This document shows positions 11,995 through 25,470 of a DNA stretch of 64,000 bases, piece by piece. The notes under the pieces were generated by a model. The model saw nothing but the letters and a program-made list of their open reading frames with translations. It was not told the origin of the DNA and did no database searches. Each line of letters starts with the position of its first letter. Position 1 is the stretch's first letter. The position numbers were made by a program, and so were the translations under genes. The stretch comes from Octopus vulgaris (Eukaryota), in the NCBI GenBank assembly GCA_951406725.2, contig OX597830.1, positions 34,224,001 through 34,288,000 of the forward strand, read 5' to 3'.

Positions 11995-13219
11995 TCAGGT
12001 CATCCCATAAGTTTTGTCCAAATTTTGAATAAAGAAAACAAGTAATCAAATGTTACATTTAATTGAAATTTAATCATTAATGTACTTTCCCTAATTATCT
12101 ATGAATTCCTTCCATCTATTTACAAACTTTTAAATCTATCAATGTAAAACTCTTTTGGTTTCAAAGCGAAGAACTCTGCAATATCAGTTTTGACCTCCTA
12201 CTGGCTTGTGAAAGCTATGTTCCCCAAATGATTCTGTAAACTATGAAACAAATGGTAGTCTGAAGTAGCAAGGTCAAGAGAATAAAGTGGATGAGGGATT
12301 TTTTTCCCAAGCTCTTCGATCTTCTGTGATGTGATCTTTGCAGCATGAAGTCGCACATTGTCCTGATGAAACATCACTCCTTTTTGATTCACTAAAGCGG
12401 GTCTTTTTTCTTTAAAGCTTGGTTCAAACACACGAATTGTTGACAGTAGACTTGGGCATTGATTGTTGCATTAGGTGGTAACAATTCAAAGCGAATTACT
12501 CCTTTGCAATTCCACCAGATAGAGAGAAGAACCTTTTTCCATGAAGTTCTCTTCTTGGTTGTGGTTGAGCTTCTTCCCTTTTACCAAGCCACTGTTTACA
12601 ACGGGTGAAATGCGTTTGCGAGAATGGAGAGAAGAGCAGATGTCAACTCGGGATTTGCAGTTGCTTTTGGACAATTCATGAGGCACCCATTTTCCAAGTT
12701 TAGGAACCTTTCCAAGTTGTTGAAGATGACGATGAACAGGTGTGTGGTTTGAACTATGCTTTATTGCCAATTCTTCTACTAATAATGAAGGATTTTCTTC
12801 AAGTAGTGCCTCAAGGTGCTTATCATCAAACTCAACTGGACGTCCTGTTCGATCTTCATCTTCAAGGCTGAAATCTCCACTTCTAAATTTTGCAAACCAT
12901 CTTCTGCAAGTTCTTTCATTCAAGCATTCTTTCCCATAAACTGAGTGTAGGTTTCAAGTTGCTTCGGCTGCAGAGTTTCCTTTTTTTGTACTCATTAAGT
13001 ATTATGCGTCTTAAATGTTCTTTCTATACTTCCATGTTAGAAAGGGTTTTAATCAAAGAAATTTTAATTCTATTATTCTGTAAAATAATATTTAATTAGT
13101 TTAAATGTACACAAATGCATAAAAATAATTTTTAATTCCATTAGATATTCTAAAATACTTTTAAATTTCATACAATTTTAAAAACGGTTAAATCAGACAG
13201 AACTTATGGGATGACCTGA
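11995..13219 (-). mobile_element. Mariner (Tc1/mariner) DNA transposon, 1225 bp, both TIRs present
   Basis: TIR TCAGGTCATCCCATAAGTTYTGTC at 11995 and its reverse complement ending at 13219; TA TSDs at 11993-11994 and 13220-13221. Confidence 0.97.
12070..13035 (-). pseudogene. Mariner transposase pseudogene (stops, frameshifts, internal deletion)
   Basis: Motifs RWFAKFRSGDFSLEDEDRTGRP, KWVPHELS, FHQDNVRLH and HPLYSLDLATSDYHLF (YSPDLAPSDYHLF). ATG at 13035 is followed by an in-frame TAG; the TGDEKW segment is missing; ends GKYIND*. Confidence 0.95.
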
Positions 13220-13334
13220 TATATGTAGACATTATGGTATTAGTAATAATAATGGTATTTCTTTTTTTTTTTATTTGGTGTGAAGGTCAGTGGATTTTGA
13301 AACATATAATATCTCACATTTTGATACAGATCTA

Positions 13335-13494
13335 ATTTTTGAGGAGAGAGGAAAGTTGATTACATTAACCACAGAGTTTAAGTGGTACTTGTATCATGGA
13401 CCCTAGTGAAATTTGAACTCAGAACATAAAAATTTACGAAATGCCACCAAGCATTTTTCCCCAGTGTCCTAAGAATTCTGCTAGCTTGCCACCT
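13335..13494 (-). mobile_element. SINE family B, degraded
   Basis: gaaatttgaactcagaac...ctgctagcttgccacc is the reverse complement of the family B head. Confidence 0.75.
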
Positions 13495-13750
13495 TATAAA
13501 GCTATAAATAATATCAAGTTGAAGAACCCTTTTGAATGGAAAAAGGCAAAAGCATCCATGGGACATGAACACATGACCCTTACTGATATTTTCTATCCAA
13601 ATGGGTTTCTCAACACAATATACAAGCAATTATTCATAGCTTTATGTATGCTTCAAGATCCACAGTTACAACCGAAAAAAACAACAACCAAAAATCTAAG
13701 GATTATTTCACATTCTCTCAAAAGCTTATAAATTCTTATGTCAATAATAC
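13495..13750. mobile_element. Ancient foldback/palindromic repeat, copy 1
   Basis: AAAGCTATAAATAAT arm and inverted arm ...ATTATTCATAGCTTT..GCTTCAAGATCCAC..TTATAAATTCTTATG; homologous to the 15840, 38525 and 62985 loci. Confidence 0.6.
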
Positions 13751-14283
13751 TAATACTAATAATAATAATAATAATAATAATGATGACTACATCAAGCAGG
13801 ATGCAATCAATATAATGGTAACCATTAAGTTGGAATTGAGTAGGAATCAAAAAAAGAAAAGAACAAACAAATGCGTAAATGAAGAAAATAATATTTCAAG
13901 AGAATGGTATTGATGATGGTATTGATGGTGATAATGATGACTGTGGTTGCAGTCATAATAATTCTGATTATGATAATGATGATGATGATGATGATGACAA
14001 CAATAATAATAATAATTGTGATGATGATTATGATAATAATTTTGATGATGATAGTGACGTCGGTGGTGATGATGATAATAATGATAGACGACTTAGCAAT
14101 TATTTTTAATGCATTTTTGGGGAAAAAGAATTGTTTTTGATAGGAAGTGACACTTGTCATGTCCTCTAGCATTTACCGCCACAGACATGTAAGTTTTTAT
14201 ATCTACATAACTCTTTACCTCCCCCTCTCACTCTCTCTGGTATATAAGTATATGTATGTCTATGAATATATGAGTGTATCTAA

Positions 14284-14359
<76 letters not shown>

Positions 14360-14994
14360 ATATGTGTGTGTGGGTATGTATGTGTGTATATAATTTGATT
14401 TTGGTTTGATGTTAGTGGGAGAAATATATGTATTGATCAGTAAGAAAAAAAAAACAAAAGCACATTTTCATATATTAATATGAAATGTGTTTTTGTTTAA
14501 TTATTTAAATTTCTACTTTTTATTGATAATATTTTTTTCATTTCATTACTCTTTTGCTACATTTTCATTTCTTCAAATATCAATAAAAAACTGTGTATGA
14601 AATGACTTTGAAGCTTCAAAAAAAAAAAAAAAAAATTAAAGAAAGCAAACAAAGAAAATAATAAAAGAAAACAAAATCAATTGCATTTAAAGAGAAATTG
14701 TTTTATTAAAATACTTATTTATCATTTCCTTTGCAAAACATTCTTTCCAATTCATATTCGAGCAAAGCCATTTTGTGAATATGATGGTGGAGCAGAAGAA
14801 ATACAATTGTTTTTGATGTTCTTCCCAATAAAGATAATGATGACGTTGTTGATGATGATTATGATGATGATGTTGTATATGATAATGAATTAATGGTAGA
14901 GTTCATGTTAGTGTGGAGGGAGAATTGTTTATAATGGTATGGTACATTATTTTATGAAAAACATATCAATTATAGGTTAAAAATATTTCTTTCT

Positions 14995-15580
14995 AATTTT
15001 CGCACACAGATTTCAATTTTGAGGGAAGGGATTTGATTGAATATATAAACCCCATTATTTCACTGACCCTGAAAGAATGGAAGACAAAGACGACTCTGGC
15101 AGCATTTGAACTTAAACTCTAAAGAACCAGAAGTGCCTGGTGCAATAATGATTCTTTTCTACTCCCATTTCTTTATTGTCCACAGGGGGCTAAACATAGA
15201 GGGGACAAACAAGGACAGACAAAGGGAATAAGTCGATTACTTCGACCCTGAAAGGATGAAAGGCAAAGTCAACCTCAGCGGAATTTGAACTCAGAACGTA
15301 AAGACAGACGAAATACCGCTAAGCATTTTGCCCAGCATGCTAACGTTTCTGCCAGCTCACCACCACTTTTCTACTCTTGGCACAAAGTCCGAAATTCTGA
15401 GGGAAAGGGACCAGTCGATTAGATTGATCCCAGTACTCAACTGGTAGTTAATTTATCAACCTCGAAAGTATGAAAGGCAAAGTTGACTTTGACAGAATTT
15501 GAACTCAGAACATAAAGCCAGACAAAATACTGCTAAGCATTTCACCCGGTGTGCTAACGTTTTTGCAACTTCGCTGCCTG
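14995..15580 (-). mobile_element. Three tandem SINE family B copies
   Basis: Repeated gaaaggcaaagtcaacc..gaatttgaactcagaac..ctgccagctc blocks. Confidence 0.88.
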
Positions 15581-15644
15581 GTGCAATAATTATTCTTCAA
15601 CCTCTCCAATAATCACAAAGAATTTTTTTTTATTTTTAAAAAAG

Positions 15645-15828
15645 CACTGGTGATGGTGCCGCTCTGTTATGTGTTTGGCATTAGGAAGGGCATCCAGCTG
15701 CAGAAACCACGCCAAAACAGACTATGGAACCAGGTGTGGCTCCTGGCCTTGTCACTCCTGTCAAAACTGTCCAACCCATGTCAGTGTGGAAAATGGACAT
15801 TAAATGACGAGGATTATGATGATGATGA
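15645..15828 (+). mobile_element. RTE LINE 3' tail fragment
   Basis: ggcattaggaagggcatccagctg...gtccaacccatg...taaatgacg..gatgatgat. Confidence 0.8.
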
Positions 15829-15834
15829 GGAGGA

Positions 15835-16035
15835 GAAATTCTTTTTTGAAACAGCGAAGCCCAAAGCATACAAAGCTGCCCATGAGCAGCCTTCCACATT
15901 TTTTTTGGTCCAGAAGGATTTTAACCCAATGTTTACACACCCTTATTTATAGCTCTATTTACTTCAAGATTCACAGAGTTTAAAAAGAATTATTTCATGT
16001 CCACACAAAGTTTCTAAATTCTTATGGCATTAACA
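15835..16035. mobile_element. Ancient foldback repeat, copy 2
   Basis: ccagaaggattttaaccc..ttatttatagctctatttacttcaagattcac..aattcttatgg matches the 13600-13745 arm. Confidence 0.55.
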
Positions 16036-16471
16036 ATTAACAACTCATTATCATATAATCCATCATTTACACATGAGCTACACATTACAGAAGAATGTTA
16101 TAAGCTTGATTATGCAAATCCCAGTATATGACTGGTAATGATTCAATTGGCCTCTGGAATCTGGAATAATAAAAAAAAAGTGATTCACCAGAAGGATCTG
16201 AAATCAAAATGTAAAGCAATGTGGTTGTATATATACTCTAATGCATTTATTGAGTACTTCAACTAATTTTGTCAACAGTCATGTTGATCATAATAATACT
16301 AATTGCTTTTTTTTTTACATAATCACTATATTTTGGAAGAAAGGTTTAACAACTGCAGTGACCCCCATACATGACTGATATTTAGTTTGTTTGTATTGAA
16401 TTAAGTAGAGTCAGCTTCATTAAGCTGGTTTACTGCTTAATTTAAGACATCATTATCACGGTGATCATTGA

Positions 16472-16922
16472 GGTGAGGGAGCTGGCAGAATCGTTAGCAT
16501 GCTAGGAAAAATGCTGAGTGGTATTTCATCCATCTTAACACACTGAGTTCAAATTCTGCCTCTGCTGACTTTGCCTTTCACCCTTTTGCGGTAGATAAAC
16601 TAAGTACCAGCGACATACTGGGGTTGATATAATTGACCAGTCCCCTCCTCCAAAATTTCAGGCCTTGTGCTTTTAGTAGAAAGAATTATTATTATGATTA
16701 TTAAGATGATGAGCTGGCAGAATCGTTAGCATTACAGGCAAAATTCCTAGTGGCATTCCATCCATCATTAAGTTCTGAGTTCAAATTCCACCGAGGTTGA
16801 CTTTACTTTACATCCTTTTGGTGTTGATAAAATAAGTAACCGTCAACTACTGGGGTCGATGTAATTGACTATCTTCTGCTTTCAAAGTTGCTGGCCTTGT
16901 GCTTATATTAGAAAGTATTATT
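16472..16922 (+). mobile_element. Two tandem SINE family B copies
   Basis: gagctggcagaatcgttagca heads and ggccttgtgc..agaaag tails. Confidence 0.88.
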
Positions 16923-17306
16923 ATTATCTCCACCCTCGTGAAGGCAGAGCTATTGTTTTCAGTTGTGTGTGTTTGTTTGTTTGTCTGTGGACAAGATATC
17001 TCAAGAACCACTGGATGGATTTGGATGAAACTTTCAGGAATGTTTCGCCCCATGACTGGGCACAAACCGATTAGATTTTGGGATTGATCTGGTACCAGAA
17101 AAGGATTCTGGATTATTTTTCCTGTTTTTTTTTTCTTTTTTACTTAATTTTTGCGAGAGGTCGGGTTCATTTTTAGCATTCTCATTTGTGAGAGCAGTCG
17201 AGTTTATTTCAGATATTCTCATTTTGAAAATCATATCTGGGCTAATCGATGAGAGGACATTGGTGTTGCCTTGGCGGTAGTTTGCACTATCTGAGTGCTC
17301 TTGTTA
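16923..17306 (+). mobile_element. Non-autonomous Helentron-like (HINE/DINE-1 type) element
   Basis: 5' TATCTCCACCC.., GTTT/GTCT microsatellite then ATATCTCAAGAACCACTGGATGGATTTGGATGAAACTTT core, subterminal CCTTGGCGGTAG, and 3' hairpin GCACT-ATCTG-AGTGC followed by TCTTGTT. Confidence 0.7.
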
Positions 17307-17317
17307 TGATTACTATT

Positions 17318-17530
17318 GGGTTGAACTGGCAGAATCATTAACCCACCATCCAAAATGCCTGGCAATATTTCTACAACTTCTTTACATTCAAATTCTGCTA
17401 AGCTCAACTTTGCCTTTCCTCCTTTTGAAATTAATAAACTGAGTACTAGCTGCACACTGAGGTTGATGTAATCCACTAGCTCCATATACCCCAAAGTTTT
17501 TAAGGCCTTGTGCTTATAGCAGAAGGGATT
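17318..17530 (+). mobile_element. SINE family B
   Basis: gaactggcagaatcatt head and family B central domain. Confidence 0.8.
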
Positions 17531-17544
17531 AATACTGGTTTAAA

Positions 17545-17750
17545 ATTTTGGCACAGGGCCAGCAATTTTGGGGGAGGGGATTAGTTGATTACATTGATCC
17601 CAGTACTCAACTGGTACTTATTTTATTGACCCCCAAAGGAATGGAAAACAAAGTGGGCCTTGGCAGAAATTGAACTCAGAACATAAAGACAGATGAAATG
17701 CTGCAAAGCATTCTGCCCAGCATGCTAATAAGTCTGCCAACTCACCACTT
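17545..17750 (-). mobile_element. SINE family B, inverted relative to its neighbour
   Basis: Reverse complement of the family B body. Confidence 0.85.
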
Positions 17751-18342
17751 TAAAAAGGATTAATATCAATATTATTGTTGTTGTGGTTGTTGCTGTTGTT
17801 GTTCTTCTTCTTAAGACAGCCACATTACTTTTACATGGTCATTCACTAGTCTAAACATAGCAACCAAATTTCCTTCAGATCACCCAGTATCATCTCATGA
17901 AATAAGGGACATACATTAGATGATGTAAATCATTATAATTTCTGAAAGAAAGGACGGCCATGATCTGCTTTAGTTATAGTTTTGTTCAACAATGGTGGAC
18001 ACGTACCAAAAACATGAACAACATCCAGTAATATTAATTTATCAAAATCATCTCTTTTTATTATTCATTTGGGAGGAAGGTCAGTGTTTGAATGGGTGGA
18101 GTGAAATGAAAGTTTATTCTCTAAAGTCTAAATTAAGATGAGTAATTAATTTATCAAATATTGATGAATTAATATGATGTCATCCTTAACAAGATTTAAA
18201 CACAGATTATGAAGATGTAAAAATAAATTCTGTATCACATTTAAGCCTATGATTTAGAAATTCTGCAATTTTTTAAGCATTTTATTTGCAATTATGTTGA
18301 TAATTAACTAATTCTACATAAAATAATAAAATACTGTATGTG

Positions 18343-18375
<33 letters not shown>

Positions 18376-19119
18376 ATACACACATGCACATATATATATA
18401 CACACACATACACACACACACACACACATATATATATACACACACATACACACACACACACATATATACACATATACACACACACAAATACACATATATA
18501 TATATACACACAGACACACATACACAGACACATATATATACACATATATATATGTATTTATATACATATATTAATATATATATACATGAGCGAAATTATT
18601 TTAAATATAGATATTATCCAGCTTTTCATGACACACACTGCTCAATTCTTAGAATGTTTTGCTAAATAGATATTTTTATTGCATAAAAATAATTCCCTCC
18701 CTCTCTCTCTCTTTGTGTCTGTCTGTCTGTTAGTCTGTCCACATGTATATATATATGTATGTATTTATGCATGCATGTATGTATTTAGCAAAATTTAAAT
18801 ATCCTATTAATATCCAAACAAAAACCAGCAACAACCAAAACTATTCACTGATTTGCTGACCAACAACTTAACTACATTCTTTGTGAACCCCTATGACCTG
18901 AAGATGACAAACCTAAACATACACATCTAATTACAAGGCTCTACATGCATGAATAAATTCTAACAATTAACACTTGCTCAAATTTAATCAATAAAATGTT
19001 GGTGCTTATAAAATTGATTTTAGAATTTCCAGTACTAAACACATGTAATGATAATATTACAGGAAAGTATCACAAGATGGATTCTTCATGCTGAGCCAAC
19101 TGGAAGGAGCCCTAGGTGT

Positions 19120-19345
19120 AGGCCAAAAACGAGATGGTTAGTCCACATTGCTCTGTAAGGAGCATAGGGCCAGTTTCCCTGATTCTGTGGCATATATATT
19201 CCTCCCTGGACAGGACACCAGTTCATTGCAGGGCTATTAATTCTTACCACATGAGTGAATGGGAGCAACATGCAAGGATTTGCTCAAGAACACCCAGTCC
19301 AGGAAGCAAAACAACAATCTTACGATTATGAGTCCAATCACAAAG
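19120..19345 (-). mobile_element. tRNA-derived SINE family C (CORE-like, tail type 1), degraded
   Basis: Homologous to 63110-63368 (gggccagtttccc...ggacaccagttcattgcagg...ttgctcaagaacac). Confidence 0.7.
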
Positions 19346-19740
19346 CTATATCGATCAGAGATTAAATTCTTTGTGTGAGATTAAACATACTGTATATATT
19401 TTACATATATAATTTCATTCAAAACAATCCTTTGTTTATACATGCACACACACACACATACTCACACTCACACACACATATGAATGTATATTGATATATA
19501 TGTATATGTGTGTGTTTGTGTGTCTATATGTATATATGTATATATATATATGTGTGTCTGTGTGTATATATTTAATATGTGTAGGGGCATGTGGACACGC
19601 AACAGTGAGAGTTTAGTACAATAAACAATAAGAACTAAAATCTGAATGGAATATTTACTACACACTCAACACATCCGGTTATACATACATATTTCTCTCT
19701 CTCTCTCTATCTCACTCTCTCTCTCTATCTCACACTCTCT

Positions 19741-19784
<44 letters not shown>

Positions 19785-19937
19785 ATGTATGCATATATAG
19801 AGATACATATATATATACATATATATATATATATACATATATATATACATATATATATATATATTTACATACATATACATACATATACATATATATTATA
19901 TATATATATACAATCATATACATATATATACATACAT

Positions 19938-20003
<66 letters not shown>

Positions 20004-20019
20004 CACATGCAATATATGC

Positions 20020-20051
<32 letters not shown>

Positions 20052-20711
20052 GTATACATACATACATATAAATTTTAGTACTGATAAATGTACTTACTAA
20101 ACTAAAGATGTAATTATTTTATTTAAAAGTTTTTTATGTGTGTTGTGTGCATGTGAGCGTTTCTCTATGTGTATTAAACAAAATACTGTCGTATACAAAT
20201 CTTAAATTAAAATGTGAGATCTTTATATACACTCACCTATACATACAGATGTAAATGCATGAATATGACTTGCAAGAATCTGTTAATGTTTAATTAGATG
20301 GAATGAATAATCAAGTACATTTCTTGCTTTTTTAAATTTTTTTTTCATTATTTTTTTACATTTCTATTTTCCTTGTTTTTTCTGTAATTGTTTACCACTT
20401 TTCTATTCCCTTTGTGCTTTCTTGTTTTGCTTTCTCTGTTGCAATCGTGATATTTAATGACAAAAGCAACAAGGCAAATGAGAAAAATTGTCTGACACAA
20501 AATATATACACATATACAGAGTCATATGCAAACACTTGAAAATTTTAATGAGGCTTCTCTTAATTAATGTCTATTAATAGCCAATTCAATGAAAACAAAA
20601 AAACCACAAATAAAATGAAACGGCCACACATACCATTACCCTGTTGTATAAATAATATAAAATAAAAATGGTGATAGAGAATCTGAAGACCATTAAAAGA
20701 AAACAACAACA

Positions 20712-20770
<59 letters not shown>

Positions 20771-20817
20771 AATAGATAGATAGGTAGGGAGGTAGATAGA
20801 TAGATAGATGGATAGAT

Positions 20818-21005
20818 GTTTGTGTCTGTATTTCTCCAACCCCTACCACTAGATAGCTGTAACTTAGCAGTTTGTCAAAAGAGACTGAGGAATAAATACT
20901 AGAATTAAAACAAAAGTAAGTCCTGGATTTTGTTTTGTTTGAACAAAACCCTTCAGACTGATACCCCAGCAGGGCTGCAATCCAATGACTTAAGCAAGTA
21001 AAAGG
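20818..21005 (+). mobile_element. SINE family A, 3' half
   Basis: gtaacttagcagtttgtcaaaagagac...taagtcctgg...caagtaaaag. Confidence 0.7.
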
Positions 21006-21077
21006 TAAAAGGCATGCATATATACTGACGTATATGTGCTTATATACATTTGTATATGTCTGTGTGTATACATACAC

Positions 21078-21461
21078 ATGGCACTAAATTTTTTTTTTGG
21101 GTGGGGGGACAGTCGATTAGATCAACCCCAGTACACAACTGCTACTTAATTTATCGACCCCAATAGGATGAAAACCAAAGCAGACCCTAGCAGAATTTGA
21201 ACTAAGAATGTAAAGACAGACGAAATACCTATTTCTTTACTACCCACAAGGGGCTAAACACTGAGAGGACAAACAAGGACAGACAAACGGATTAAGTCGA
21301 TTATATCGACCCTAGTGTGTAACTGGTACTTGTTTAATCGTCCCCGAAAGAATGAAAGGCAAAGTCGACCTCGACGGAATTTGAACTCAGAACATAACGA
21401 CAGATGAAATACCACTTAGTATTTCACCCGGTGCGCTAACGTTTCTGCCAGCTGACTGCCT
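21078..21461 (-). mobile_element. Two tandem SINE family B copies with different tails
   Basis: Reverse-complement central domains; the second carries the tacccacaaggggctaaac tail. Confidence 0.9.
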
Positions 21462-21667
21462 TACATATATATATATCATCAATCAACTGTCCATAAGTCA
21501 GAAAAAAAGAAATTCTAAAAGAGAATTTGAGCAGTTATACTTTTATAATATACTCAGGTCTTCTGTATTGCTATGTGCACAATAGGAGATTGAAATCAAT
21601 GGTAACTCTGTGACCAGTTATATATACCATAACCAGGAATGTGCTACTCAACAATATAAAACTATAG

Positions 21668-21827
21668 GCACAAGTGTGGCTGTGTGGTAGGAAGCTTGCT
21701 TCCCAACCATATGGTTCCGGGTTCAATCCCACTGCCTGGCACCTTGGACAAGTGTCTTCTTCTATAGCTTTGAGCCAACCAAAGCCTTGTGAGTGCATTT
21801 GGTAGAAACTGAAAGAAGCCCGTCGTG

Positions 21828-21890
<63 letters not shown>

Positions 21891-22150
21891 GCATGTTTGT
21901 ATGTATGTATGTATGTGTGCGTGTGAGAGTGTGTGTATTTGTGTATCTGTATTTGTCCCCCTACCATCACTTGAGAACCGATGCTGGTGTGTTTATATCC
22001 CATTCATTTAACATAGTGGTTTGGCAAAAGAGACCGCTAGAAAAAGTACTAGGCTTACAATTAATAAGTCCTGGGGTTGATTTGTTCAACTAAAGGAGGT
22101 GCTCCAGCATGGTCACAGTCAAATGACAAAACAACTAAAAGAACAAAAGT
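21668..22150 (+). mobile_element. SINE family A, full length (partial 3' half follows at 22240-22425)
   Basis: TGGCTGTGTGGTAGGAAGC...GGGTTCAATCCC head and family A body. Confidence 0.9.
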
Positions 22151-22176
22151 ATATACATAATTTTATATTTACAAAC

Positions 22177-22222
<46 letters not shown>

Positions 22223-22971
22223 TTCTACTCTAGGCATTCATGTGTGTTCCCCCATCATCGCTTGGCAACTGATGTTGGTATGTTTATGTTTACATCCCCA
22301 TAAATTAGCGGTTCGGCAAAAGAGACCAATAGAATAAGTCCTGGGGTCAGTTTGTTCGACTAAAGACAGTGATCTAGCATGGCCACAGTCAAATAACTGA
22401 AACGACTAAAAATATAAAAGAATATGATTCAACACCAGGCAGTGGCTCTCACGGCTTCTGATCTTAACTGATTGGAAGTGTTACCATGTACATTGTTTTG
22501 TCTTGGTATAAAAGATGGGCTACAGCAAATATTCTGCTCAGTACCACAGATTTGCTCGTCAGTTGCTTGACCTTAATCAGTTGGGCATGTCCCTTAGTGG
22601 CTGACAATGTGTATCTCTGATTACAAGGAAACGTAGTGGGGGATCATCATAGCCATGTATTGAGAAGAATTCTTTGGGGTTTGAATAATTCAGCTCTGGA
22701 AACATGGGTGTTTCATTCATCATCCTCAAACAAATCTTATTCAGGGACCTTTTGAGTGAGATGGGCTACTTGACCTGAAGAAAATTCTTACTGGACCCCA
22801 CCTGGAAGGTCATGTGCTGTTTATTTTGATACGATATCACTATCTCATGCACATATGGTCGTGATGAATGTGTCTGGGGTATCTCTATCAGTGTATCTGT
22901 ATCAGACAGGTAGTAATGATGGTTATATTGGGCTGCATATATTCGTACCACACTGTCACTTTGATGGTATA

Positions 22972-23202
22972 TGGCGAGCTGGCAGAAACGTTAGCACGCC
23001 GGGCGAAATGCTTAGCGGTATTTCGTCTGCGTTACATTGTGAGTTCAAATTCCACTGAGGTCGACTTTGCCTTTCATCCTTTCGGGGTCGATAAATTAAG
23101 TACCAGTTACACAGTGGGGTCGATGTAATCGACTTAATACCTATGTCTGTCCTTGTTTGTCCTCTCTGTGTTTAGCCCCTTGTGGGTAATAACGAAATAG
23201 GT
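22972..23202 (+). mobile_element. SINE family B, young CpG-rich copy
   Basis: GGCGAGCTGGCAGAAACGTTAGCACGCCGGGCGAAATGCTTAGCGG...GCCCCTTGTGGGTAATAACGAAATAG. Confidence 0.93.
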
Positions 23203-23238
23203 GATGATGATGATAATGATTATAATTATAATCATAAT

Positions 23239-23477
23239 AATCCTTTCTACTGGAAACACAAGGCCTCAAATTTTTGGGAAAAGAAATTAAATTGGTTACA
23301 TCGACCTCAGTCAATTACATCAACCCCAGTGCGCAACTGGTACTAATTTTATCGACCTTGAAAAGATGAAAGGCAAAGTCGACTTTGGCAGAATTTGAAC
23401 TCAAAACCTAACGACAGATGAAATACCGCTAAGCATTTCACCTGGTGTGCTAATGTTTCTGCCAGCTCGACACCTTA

Positions 23478-23513
<36 letters not shown>

Positions 23514-23727
23514 CCTTTGTACTAAAGGCACAAGGCCTGAGACTTTGGAGGAGGGGACCAGTCGATTATATTGACTCCAGTGTCTCACTGGTACTTAATT
23601 TATCAATCCCGAAAGGATGAAAGGCAAAGTTGACCTCGGCAGGATTTGAACTCGGTGTGTAAAGAGGGTCAAAATACCGCTAAGCATTTCGCCCGGTGTG
23701 CTAACAATTCTGCCAGCTCCCTGCCTT
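23239..23727 (-). mobile_element. Two tandem SINE family B copies
   Basis: Reverse-complement family B bodies embedded in (AAT)n. Confidence 0.9.
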
Positions 23728-25437
23728 AAATAATAATAATAATGATAACAACAATTATAATAATAATAATAATAATTATAATACCAATAATAATAATAAT
23801 ACCAACAATGATAATAATAACAGATAGTAATAAATAGTAATAATTAAAATGATAATAATACTTAGTAAATCACTTTTTAATATAATTATTCCTTTATTTT
23901 TGTTTAAATTAATTACAGTTTAGGAGCTGTGTGGAGAGAGAGGCATAGGATTTATTTATTTAAATAAAATTTTCTGTCATTTCTTATCCAAAAGTTATTG
24001 TGAACTGGAAATAAATATTTGTCATGTGTTATAATTGTGTGTGCGTGTGCGTGTGCGCGTGCGCATATTTATATATATGTATATATGTTGATATATGTAT
24101 CTGAGTGTATGCGCATCTAAATGTGTGTGTTAAAGCAGAGGAATGATGAAGTGTGAAGCTGTGAAATCTTATATTTTTCTTAAATTGTATATTTATTTTG
24201 ATAATTATTTTTTATTTGTTCTTTGATTTCTTTGGGTTTTTTTAACCGTTTATTATCGTTATCATTATAATTATAATTATTGTTATTGTAATTATTATCA
24301 TTATAGCATCATTATCCTCATTATTGTTATTTTAAACTATTTTTTTTAATTGTTTTTACTTTAATTTTTACGTATTTCTTAATTTTATTTTAATTTCTTT
24401 TTCATTTTCTTTTTCTCTTTTTGTTATTATTTTTGTCATACTGAATCTTTCATGAAACAATTTCATTAAGTATCACAAAACTGCTAAATAAATTTTACGT
24501 GATTAATAAGGCCTTTCTCTCTCTTTCTATCTCTCCCCTCCACTTCCTCTTTCTTTCCTTCTTTATTTCTCACCACTTAGAATTAAAAATGTGTTAATTG
24601 GATACACAATTTTGAATACACCTGAAAGCAATCGATATTCATTTCACTGTCTCAAATGAATGGAACTGATTGCTAATAGAGAATTTAACTTGTGCATATG
24701 TGTGTGTATGTGTGTGTCTATTTATGTATAGATGTATGGTGAAGAAAGAACGATAGACAGATTGATAGATAAGCTGATAGATAGATACATACATAGATAG
24801 AAATTAACCATGCAAAATCTATATTTTTCTCAGTTATTAGGATGAGAAAGAGAGAAAGAGAGAGCGTAATGAACTTTGCTAAAACAAAATTTTTTCATTC
24901 TCAATTATTGTCACCTCGAAGAGCAGCTAATATTAATCTCATTAACACATTTCTTGTAATTATGCTAGCTTGCCGTTTATTTTTCGCTACAATTTTCATT
25001 TCGTTTTGCTTTCTTAATTTAGTTGTTTGTTTAGTTTCATAGTTCTCTTGCAATGGATGGCTAAGCCTTCCATTATTTGATAAACCCACGTAAATATAAT
25101 AGCTGGAATTTGTTTTCTGTTTTGGCATTTTCTTTATAGCGTTTTATCGAATTTGTTTCAATTTTATATATATATATGCATGTGTGTGTGTGTATGCATG
25201 CATGCACACAGACACACGCACAACACAGATATGTATAATATATATATATATATATACATATACACACACACACATATATATATATATATATTAACTATTT
25301 AAAAAACTTTCTTTTCTAATGTAATTAAAGTTTCAATATCCGTTCTCCGGTTCTTTGTCTTCCTTTTCCTTTACTTCTTTTCCTCTTTCACTGACTTTCT
25401 CATCTCTCTTTTTGGCCTCTCTTGTCTCTCTCTTTTC

Positions 25438-25470
<33 letters not shown>

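Noticed and set aside
22430-22900. Complex ~470-bp segment that might be an exon
   Set aside because: The frames I read contain stops and no recognisable motif; probably a decayed interspersed repeat that I cannot classify.
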